Positions 51,558 through 59,405 of a stretch of DNA of 64,000 nt are shown here, piece by piece. Each line of letters starts with the position of its first letter. Positions within the stretch are counted from its first letter, which is position 1. The notes under the pieces are model-generated. The model was not told the DNA's origin. It searched no databases and worked only from the letters and a program-made list of their open reading frames with translations. The DNA is from Candidatus Parcubacteria bacterium (lineage in GTDB: Bacteria > Patescibacteriota > Minisyncoccia > UBA6257 > HR35): the NCBI GenBank assembly GCA_026004535.1, contig BPJI01000001.1, positions 79,915-143,914 on the forward strand, in the 5' to 3' direction. Made by a program: the position numbers and the translations under genes.

Positions 51558-51756
51558 ATGGGGACTCGCCCCGAACCAGAGCCTTTGGCACGGTTTCCTG
51601 TACCAGAGTTATCTTCTAACACGATACAGGACCCCAAACCGTGCTCTGCACTGGTTTGGGGCGGGGCGCCCTGCACTGTGCTATGCTCTAGTGCATGGCG
51701 AACCCACAACCTCTGGCACCCCATGCCAGTGCGCTAACCAATTGCGCTATGCCCCG
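51558..51756 (-). pseudogene. Second tRNA-Pro(GGG) copy with a 132-nt palindromic insertion in the T-loop and no 3' acceptor strand
   Basis: CGGGGCATAGCGCAATTGGTTAGCGCACTGGCATGGGGTGCCAGAGGTTGTGGGTTCG-[insert]-AGTCCCCAT. Confidence 0.8.
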
Positions 51757-51990
51757 TTAAAATTTGAATTGGGGTAAATTTTTTAAAATCTCAAGAGATT
51801 GCTTGAAAGAACTAAGATAGGGCTGAACTAATTGGTAACTATAATAAATAATCAAAACTATAACCAACCAATAAAGAATTCTAAAAAAGAAAGAAATTTT
51901 TCGAGCTCGGTTAATGCTTTTCAAAATTCTCAAAGATTCTTTGGAAACTTCCAAATTTTCTTTTAACAACTGCTTTATTTCCTCATCCAT
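51757..51990 (-). CDS. Small single-TM protein
   Basis: MDEEIKQLLKENLEVSKE...FRILYW...QPYL; leaderless promoter upstream. Confidence 0.75.
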   Translation of the reverse strand: MDEEIKQLLKENLEVSKESLRILKSINRARKISFFFRILYWLVIVLIIYYSYQLVQPYLSSFKQSLEILKNLPQFKF

Positions 51991-52004
51991 TTAAAAATTA
52001 TAAC

Positions 52005-52722
52005 ACAATTTAGCTTTCAGGTTTCAGGTTTTTAGCTTCTTAGCTTCAGAGCTTCAAATATTATTATCTTCTAAGGAAAATTTTAATGAGATACGATCTC
52101 GTTAAATTTCTCAATTTTTGAATTTCTTAAGAAATTGAGAAATTAAAATTGATGGGTTTTAAAATAGATTTTTGAGTCATCAAACGACAGTCTAAGATGC
52201 CATAGCGTTTTTTATATAGTCAAATCTTCTCATTTCTACTAACTTAGTGCGGTCGCATCAAGATAGTAGAAGTGGAAATATTCGGACGTACGACGTCCCG
52301 ATATTTATTTTAACACTTGGGTAAGATAATTGTGAAGTCGTTAATTTGTGAACTTGTGAATTTATTAATGAATGAATTTAGTTAATTTTGTATTTTAGCA
52401 AACCTAGGTAAGTTAAAATACGAAAATCTTTAATTTTATCTTTATTAAATGAATGAATTTAAGGTTATCTAATCTCCAAAGTCGTGTTTAGCACGCCATG
52501 GCGTTTTATAGAGGATTATCTAAAATTAGGTTTCGGGTTATTAGCTTCTTAGCTTCTTCATTTTTTAAATTCTACAATCCAAGGTGACGTTTAAAATGCT
52601 ATAGCGTTTTATAGGTAACCTTCTAAAATTAGCTTTTAGGTTTATAGTTTCGAATATTTTTAAAATTTTAAAGCTGAGAAGCTAAGAAGCTGAAAGCTAA
52701 GAAGCTGAAAGCTAAGAAGCTT
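52005..52722. repeat. Non-coding cluster of repeat sites and palindromes downstream of pilin-LamG copy 2
   Basis: AATTAGCTTT..GG..AGCTTCTTAGCTTC-like sites near 52007, 52522 and 52626; inverted GAAGCTAAGAAGCT array at 52672-52720; three CGCCATGGCG-like palindromes; hairpins at 52103-52146, 52230-52276 and 52277-52306. Confidence 0.75.
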
Positions 52723-52727
52723 TTGAA

Positions 52728-53930
52728 TTATTTTGTAGCTTCATATAAGAGCTTTAATTTCTTGGTCTGATAAGGCACGATTATAGATTCGGACTTCGTC
52801 GATAATACCCTTATAGAATATCCAACAGTTAGCAATTCTGGCTGCAATATACAAATCATTATCCGAAACTTCGTTATTGGTTTGTCCTGTTTGAGTATAG
52901 CTTAAGACCATCCTTATATAAAAACTTCGTACCAAGAGATTTTTTCCAATGTAAATGCCACTAGAATACCATTGGAATTTATATCAGGATATACGGAGGA
53001 TACGAAGAAATAAGGGTTGTACATTATTGGCGTTATTAAAGAATCTTCAAAGGCGTGATGATCCATATATGCCAACCTATATCCTAGACCTGTATTATAT
53101 GCTAGAATAGGATTCACTGTCTTACTTCTGTTGGGTATTCTATCCACACAAATGAAATCATTACTTCGCTACATTTATAGATGGGTTATATAGAATACTT
53201 TCACATAATCATCAACCCCATCAAAACTTAAAGCTTTGCCTACTTTACCATCAACACAGTTAGGCCATTATAAGTGTTCCATTATTTCCATATCCTGATA
53301 ATCTTTAGCTGTACAATCATCAAAACTCCAATAACCTACAAGTCCTTGAGCTTGATCAATTGAAGTCTTTTATTTGTTCCTGCTGCATAAAGATGAGGTA
53401 ATTATCATCCATCATTTTTGAGCTGTGAGACTGAGGATTGCTTCTAATTGAGCTAGTAAGTCATAACTTCCTCCAGCAACAAATGCATAGTAATATGGAG
53501 GTCTATTGATTGGATCAATGAAAAGTCTAGAAAGATTAATGCTTGAAAATTGATTAAAAGGAATAGGAATCCAGCCAGTACCATCAATATTTGTTGGAGT
53601 TGCTGAGCATCTATATGACCAGCCTGAAGGAAGCTGTGGTAATTGACTTATCCATTGACCACAAGTTGATGAAGTATCAGGAAGAGAGATATAGACAACA
53701 TTTGATGAAGCATATTGAAGTTCAGAAAAGGTGCCTTGAGTTTCAAAAAGAATAAGGTCAAATATTTTTTCAAGATTTTTAAGGTCTGAAGTTCTTTGAT
53801 TATCTCTACCTCTTTTAAAGATATCTGCTGGCTTAATGACAACAATTAAGACAGTAGCTAAGATAGCTATTAGAGCTAAGACAACTAAAAGTTCAACTAA
53901 AGTGAAGGATTTATTCATTTTTTTATTCAT
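52728..53930 (-). CDS. Type IV pilin-LamG fusion, copy 2 (C-terminal half frameshifted in this sequence)
   Basis: First ~155 codons nearly identical to copy 1; GLVGYWSFD, GKALSFDG and DEVRIYNRALSDQEIKAL recoverable across indels. Confidence 0.85.
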
Positions 53931-53971
53931 AATTCTAACTTCTCATCTCTAATTTCCACCTCCAATTTTTG

Positions 53972-54297
53972 TGGAGGCGGTGGGACTCGAACCCACATCA
54001 GAAGAAAAAGGTGGAAAGAGGCTCTCCTGGCACAGTCAGTTTTCTAATTCCTCTTAAAGAAGATAAACTGACAAACTTCTCTAAGAGTAGGCTCAATAAT
54101 TTCACTTATAACCCTTGAGCCAAGAATTATAAGCTATCGAGGATACTTTAAGCCTCTAAGAATTCCCTCGAAAAATTCTTAGAAGCTGCCTTTACGAAAG
54201 AGCAAAGGCTGGAACTCTGTTGGCACTTATTGGCTGTAGGTTGCCAACCTGCCAGCTCCTCTTTCTCTTTTTCTTCTTCAACCTCCTTCTCGCCCCC
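53972..54297 (-). ncRNA. ssrA: tmRNA; predicted tag (A)ANRVPAFALS
   Basis: GGGGGCG/CGCCTCC-A acceptor stem with G3:U70, T-arm GTGGGTTCGAGTCCCAC, resume context ATAAGT-GCC. Confidence 0.9.
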
Positions 54298-54321
54298 GTT
54301 TAATAATATTATACCACAAAA

Positions 54322-55959
54322 TCAAATCAAACCAGTTACTCTTTCAACTTCTTCAATTGTTGTTATTTTTCTTAAAGCCTTAATTAAAGCATCTTGTTGA
54401 AGAGAGGCAAAATCATTTTTAATTATTTTATAAATTTCAGCTTCAGATGGCTTTTGATAAATTAATTCTTCTAATTCTTTAGTAATTCTTAAAAATTCAA
54501 AGACACCTATCATTCCTTTATAGCCAGTCTCAAAACATTGGGAGCAACCTTTGGCTTTGACTAAACTAAAATTTTCTAAATCAACATCATTTAAATTTAC
54601 TCTTGAAGGTAAGTTTTTTAATTTTTCTCTGATTTTACTTTTTAAATTCTCATCAGGTTGATATTCTTCAAAACAATAAGGACAAACTTTCCTGACTAAT
54701 CTTTGGGCAATAACTAATCTTAGGGCTGAAGGGATTAATTTGGGATCAACTTCTAAACTTATAAGTCTGGGTATTGCTCCTAAAGAATCATTGGTATGTA
54801 AGGTGGATAAAACCAAGTGCCCTGTTAGTGATGCTTGGATAGTTATTTGCGCTGTTTCTTTGTCTCTTATTTCGCCAACTAAAATAACATCTGGATCGTG
54901 TCTTAAAAATGCTCTTAAAGCAACAGCAAAAGTAAAACCTTTTTCTTCTTCAACTTGGCTTTGACTAATGCCTTCAATTTTATATTCAATTGGATCTTCA
55001 ATAGTTAAAATCTTTAATTCTGATTTTTTAATTCTCATTAAAATAGCATATAAAGTAGTTGTTTTACCAGAACCAGTTGGCCCTGTATTTAAAATTAAAC
55101 CATTGGGCAAATGAATTGTTTCTTCTAAGGTTTTTAAATCATCCTCCCTTAAGCCAAGTTCTTCTAATTTTTTAACAATTAGACTAAAAATTAAAAGTCT
55201 TAAAACAATGGCTTCATCTTCAACCGAAGGAATAACCGAGGTTCGGATATCAATATTTTGATCATCAAAAACGATTGAAAATCTACCATCTTGAGGCTTA
55301 TCAGTTATATTAATCATCAACCCAGATAAAATTTTAATCCTATTTTTAATTAAAGGATAAATATTTTTAGGGAAAGAGAAAATATCATACAAAATTCCAT
55401 CAAAACGATAACGAACAAAAATCTTATCCTCATAAGGCTCAAAATGAATATCAGAAGCATTAAATTTTATTGCTCCAGCTAATAAATAATCAAGAATTAA
55501 AAAAGGATCTTGGTTAACTATATTTTTAAGCATATTTTCAATGTCACTTCTCTTTTCAGCTTTTTCTTTAACTTCTAAAAAAACATTTTGATTAATTTCA
55601 AAAGTACCAACGTAAGTAACTTTTTTTTCCTTTAAAAATTTGTATTCTTCTAAGCCAATTTCTAAACTTTTAGGCGAAATTATGCCTATACTAATTTCTA
55701 TTCCTTGTTTCTTTAAAGACTCTTTAAGCTTTTCAAGCTCAGAATTATAAGGATCAATAACTCCCAAAGTTAAAATGTTTTTCTCTTTTTTAATTGGTAT
55801 AACTTTTATTTTTTCAGCCAAATTTTTAGGAACATATTTCAAGGCATCAACTTCAGGATGAACTAGTTGTAAATTAAAATAGGGAACATTTAAAGCTCTA
55901 GCTAATTCTTGAGCAATTCTTTCACTGTCTAACCTAAATTCCTCAAACTCTTTTTCCAT
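54322..55959 (-). CDS. pilB: Type IV pilus / T2SS assembly ATPase (PilB/GspE)
   Basis: ASDIHFEP, PQDGRF, GPTGSGKTTTLY, TIEDPIEY, LRHDPD, TGHLVLSTLHTN, CxxC pairs. Confidence 0.93.
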   Translation of the reverse strand: MEKEFEEFRLDSERIAQELARALNVPYFNLQLVHPEVDALKYVPKNLAEKIKVIPIKKEKNILTLGVIDPYNSELEKLKESLKKQGIEISIGIISPKSLEIGLEEYKFLKEKKVTYVGTFEINQNVFLEVKEKAEKRSDIENMLKNIVNQDPFLILDYLLAGAIKFNASDIHFEPYEDKIFVRYRFDGILYDIFSFPKNIYPLIKNRIKILSGLMINITDKPQDGRFSIVFDDQNIDIRTSVIPSVEDEAIVLRLLIFSLIVKKLEELGLREDDLKTLEETIHLPNGLILNTGPTGSGKTTTLYAILMRIKKSELKILTIEDPIEYKIEGISQSQVEEEKGFTFAVALRAFLRHDPDVILVGEIRDKETAQITIQASLTGHLVLSTLHTNDSLGAIPRLISLEVDPKLIPSALRLVIAQRLVRKVCPYCFEEYQPDENLKSKIREKLKNLPSRVNLNDVDLENFSLVKAKGCSQCFETGYKGMIGVFEFLRITKELEELIYQKPSEAEIYKIIKNDFASLQQDALIKALRKITTIEEVERVTGLI

Positions 55960-55973
55960 TATAATTATTATAA

Positions 55974-57977
55974 ATGAGGATAATTAAACTTATTTTAATT
56001 TTACTTTTTATTTTTTTTAGTTTTGCGATTTTCTTATTCACAATTCAGTCTGTTTATCTACCTAGTTCAGATTTAATTGGTGAAAAAATTGTTGGTGGTG
56101 GAACTGAAATTTATGATCGAACAGGAAGGATTCTCTTATATAAAGTTGGTTTTAGACGCTCGTGGGCTAATTTTGAAGATATTCCTGAAAATGTAATTAA
56201 GGCAACTTTAATTGCTGAAGATAAAGATTTTTATTTTCATCGCGGAGTAAGTTTTAAAGGAATAATAAGATCAATTTATCTCAATCTAAAAACAAAAAGT
56301 TTTGGATATGGTGGTTCAACCATTACCCAACAATTGGTTCGTAATTTGTTTTTAACTAAAGAAAAATCTTTATTAAGAAAAATAAACGAAATAATTTTGG
56401 CTTTAAAACTTGAAAGAAAATATTCGAAAAATGAAATTTTAACCTATTATCTAAATTCAATCTATTATGGCGAAGGTAATATAGGTATTAGAGCCGCAGC
56501 TGATTATTATTTCAATAAAAAATTAAAAGATTTAACTTTGTCTGAAGCAATAATTTTAGCTTCAATTCCTAAAGCTCCAGCTTTATATTCACCAATTAAC
56601 GAAGAAAATATTAAAAGATTAAAAATAAGAAGAGATTATTTGCTTTTGAGACTAAAAGAAGAAGGTTGGATTAATGAAGAAGATTATCAAATAGCTATCA
56701 ATGAGGAGATTGAAATTGTCAAAAGCAAGTATGCTGGTATGATTGCTCCTCATTTTGTTATTGAAGTTATTAATCAATTAAAAGAAATGTTTCCCCAAGA
56801 AAGCTTAGAAGAAAAAAATTTAAAAATAATAACCACTCTAGATTATGATTTGCAAAAAATTGCCGAAGAGTCTGTAAGAGAAGGAGCTGAAAGAAATAAA
56901 AAAAACTACGGTGGTAGTAATGCTGCTTTAATGGCAATTAATTCTAAAACTGGCGAGGTTTTAGCTTTAGTTGGTTCAAAAAATTTTTTTGATGAAACAA
57001 TCGATGGTCAAGTTAATGTTCCTTTTAGATTTCGCCAACCTGGTTCTGCTTTTAAACCAATTTCTTATGCTGCCTTATTTGAATTAGGTTATCCTGATAA
57101 TACTATTTTATTTGATGTACCAACTGATTTTAATGGTTATAAACCACAAAATTTTGATAAAGTTTTTAAAGGACCAGTAACCTTAAGACAAGCTTTGACT
57201 GAATCAAGAAATATTCCTTCAGTCAAAGTTTTTTATTTAGCTATACCTGAAAGAGTTATTGATTTGGCTCGAAAAACTATGCCTTATTTAAAAGATTGGC
57301 AAAATTATGGACTTTCTTTAGGCTTAGGAACAGCTGAGGTTAGAATGACTGATTTAATTAGATTTTATGGTGCTTTGGCTAATGATGGTAAATTAGTTTC
57401 TCAAAGTTTAATTTTAAGAATTATTGAAGATAAAAAAGTTATTTATGAATATCAACCACAAGAAGAACAAATTGTTTCTCCAGAAACAGCAAGAATTTTA
57501 AATGATATTTTAAAAGATATTGAAGCTAGAAAAGGTCTTTTGCAAAGAAGCTTAGGGTTGACTATTTTTCCTAATTATGAAGTTGCTTTAAAAACTGGAA
57601 CAACTCAATTTTATCAAGATGCTTGGACTTTTGGTTATACACCGCAAATTGTTGTTGGTGTTTGGGCAGGCAATACTGATGGTCGCCGAATGAATTCTTT
57701 AGGAGCAAGTCTTGTTGCGGCTTTACCAATTTTCCACCAATTTTTATCTCAAACAATTACTTTAAATAAAATTCAACCAGAAAATTTTATCCCTCCGGAA
57801 AAAAGATTTGTTAATAAGCCAATGCTTAATGGCTCTTATATTTCTCAATATGGTATTCATAATATCTTATTTTACATTGACCGTCAAAATCCTTTAGGCG
57901 AAATTCCTGAGGACCCTTATCAAGATCCGCAATTTATTTTTTGGGAAAATGGAGTGAGAAAATGGTTTGGTTATTAA
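55974..57977 (+). CDS. Class A penicillin-binding protein
   Basis: EDKDFYFH.G, GGSTITQQL, RQPGSAFKP (SxxK), SRN, KTGT. Confidence 0.95.
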   Translation: MRIIKLILILLFIFFSFAIFLFTIQSVYLPSSDLIGEKIVGGGTEIYDRTGRILLYKVGFRRSWANFEDIPENVIKATLIAEDKDFYFHRGVSFKGIIRSIYLNLKTKSFGYGGSTITQQLVRNLFLTKEKSLLRKINEIILALKLERKYSKNEILTYYLNSIYYGEGNIGIRAAADYYFNKKLKDLTLSEAIILASIPKAPALYSPINEENIKRLKIRRDYLLLRLKEEGWINEEDYQIAINEEIEIVKSKYAGMIAPHFVIEVINQLKEMFPQESLEEKNLKIITTLDYDLQKIAEESVREGAERNKKNYGGSNAALMAINSKTGEVLALVGSKNFFDETIDGQVNVPFRFRQPGSAFKPISYAALFELGYPDNTILFDVPTDFNGYKPQNFDKVFKGPVTLRQALTESRNIPSVKVFYLAIPERVIDLARKTMPYLKDWQNYGLSLGLGTAEVRMTDLIRFYGALANDGKLVSQSLILRIIEDKKVIYEYQPQEEQIVSPETARILNDILKDIEARKGLLQRSLGLTIFPNYEVALKTGTTQFYQDAWTFGYTPQIVVGVWAGNTDGRRMNSLGASLVAALPIFHQFLSQTITLNKIQPENFIPPEKRFVNKPMLNGSYISQYGIHNILFYIDRQNPLGEIPEDPYQDPQFIFWENGVRKWFGY

Positions 57978-58186
57978 AAATAAAAAACTGAAAATTGATA
58001 ATTAGAATATTTAATTTTAAGCTTTGTTTTAAGTTCCTCAATTTTTAAACGATCAATATTTCGAGGTAAATCAAGAACAATATTTCTTTCGTGTCGATGA
58101 ATAAAAACTTTTATTCCCGGCAGGTGATCTTTAATAATTTTAGCAATTTCTAATAATTCGTTTTGACGCAGATAAATTTTTTTCAT
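57974..58186 (-). CDS. Hypothetical protein coupled to dnaN
   Basis: 70 aa ORF whose ATG overlaps the dnaN stop. Confidence 0.6.
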   Translation of the reverse strand: MKKIYLRQNELLEIAKIIKDHLPGIKVFIHRHERNIVLDLPRNIDRLKIEELKTKLKIKYSNYQFSVFYF

Positions 58187-59307
58187 CGATGAACTAAAAT
58201 ATAAACAAAGTCCTCTTCAATTGGTGATTTTAAATAAAGAGGTGTACTTGCATTTAAACCGGTAAAAAAACCACCAAATATTTTTTCCGATTCAATAACA
58301 GCCAAACCATCATAAAGAAAATCAAGATGGAATTTAATTTTAAACTCTGTTTCAGTTAAATTATTTTCTTTAACTTCAAATTCTAATTTATTTCTATTTT
58401 CTCCTAAGAGTTCATTATGAGTATAAATTTCAAGTTGATTGTCTTTAAAATTAAAAATTAATTCTGTTTCCTTAAATTGATCTAAAAAAACTCGGGCTAA
58501 TTTTAAAGCTTGTAAAATTTGATTTTTGTCAAGTAAAAAAGTAAATAAAAAACTAGCTGGAGCAATAAATTGTTGATAATTAGGATATTCTAAGGCTAAA
58601 AGCTTGGCAGTTAATAAGTGGTTTAAAATTTCAAAAGTTACTTGATTTTCTTCAAAATAAATTTTTAATTTTCCTGATTTTCTTTTAATTCTTTGGTATT
58701 CTTGAATCAATCTTTTAGGTAATAAAACAGAAATTTTTTCAATATTAGTATCAAAAAATTGAGATTTAACTTTTTGTATACCTAATCGGATGGTATCAGT
58801 AGCAACCAAATTCAAATTTTCTCCATTTAAATCAAAATAAATTCCAGAATATTCAGGTCTAATATCCGAAGTAGTTAAAATTGGTGACAATCTATTAAGA
58901 TATTCTTGAAAAATTTCATTATCAATTTCAAAGTATTTAGTAAAATTTATTTCAGTAAACGTCGGAAATTCTTCATAACTTAAACCAGGTAAAGTTGAAA
59001 CGGAATTTTTACCTCTAATTTCTAAAACAGTATCTCTAATTTCTAAACTAACCTCATCTTCATAAAAGTTATCAATAATTTTTTCAAATTGTCTGGCTGG
59101 AATCAAGACTTCACCTTCTTTTAAAACTTGAGTTAGAAATTTTGTCTGATAGTTTAATTCTAAATCAGTAGCTGAAACATAAATTTCTTGATTTTTAGCT
59201 GAAAGATAAAAATAATTTAAAATACTTAAATCTGTTTTTTGTGAACAAACATTAGTAACAATCTGTAAAATTTCTTTTAATTTTTCTTTTAAGATATTTA
59301 TTTTCAT
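58183..59307 (-). CDS. dnaN: DNA polymerase III beta clamp
   Basis: ATDLEL, EEFPTF, VATDTIRL, EYPNY; downstream of dnaA. Confidence 0.95.
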   Translation of the reverse strand: MKINILKEKLKEILQIVTNVCSQKTDLSILNYFYLSAKNQEIYVSATDLELNYQTKFLTQVLKEGEVLIPARQFEKIIDNFYEDEVSLEIRDTVLEIRGKNSVSTLPGLSYEEFPTFTEINFTKYFEIDNEIFQEYLNRLSPILTTSDIRPEYSGIYFDLNGENLNLVATDTIRLGIQKVKSQFFDTNIEKISVLLPKRLIQEYQRIKRKSGKLKIYFEENQVTFEILNHLLTAKLLALEYPNYQQFIAPASFLFTFLLDKNQILQALKLARVFLDQFKETELIFNFKDNQLEIYTHNELLGENRNKLEFEVKENNLTETEFKIKFHLDFLYDGLAVIESEKIFGGFFTGLNASTPLYLKSPIEEDFVYILVHR

Positions 59308-59405
59308 AGTAGTAATAGTAAGGTTAAAATTGGGGAAAATGTTTTAAACCTTAATATTTCTTAATTTTTTTAATTAACGACACTAAAATTTTGTTAATAA
59401 AATGT
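59307..59405. other. Putative oriC unwinding region (DnaA-box variant and DnaA-trios)
   Basis: Minus strand TTTTCCCCA...CCTTACTATTACTACT immediately before the dnaN ATG, in the dnaA-dnaN gap. Confidence 0.7.

Noticed and set aside
51567-51698. Group I intron or archaeal-type BHB intron in tRNA-Pro
   Set aside because: It is too short, has no recognisable group I core, and removing it would still leave no 3' acceptor strand.
51467-51777. 85-aa N-terminal extension of EndoQ and plus-strand ORFs 51387-51737 and 51547-51777
   Set aside because: They are read-through of GC-rich tRNA-Pro sequences and the palindromic insert.
11362-53930. Diversity-generating retroelement acting on the pilin-LamG genes
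   Set aside because: No reverse transcriptase in the window, and the two copies differ by block replacement rather than adenine-specific substitutions in a TR/VR pair. A remote DGR cannot be excluded.
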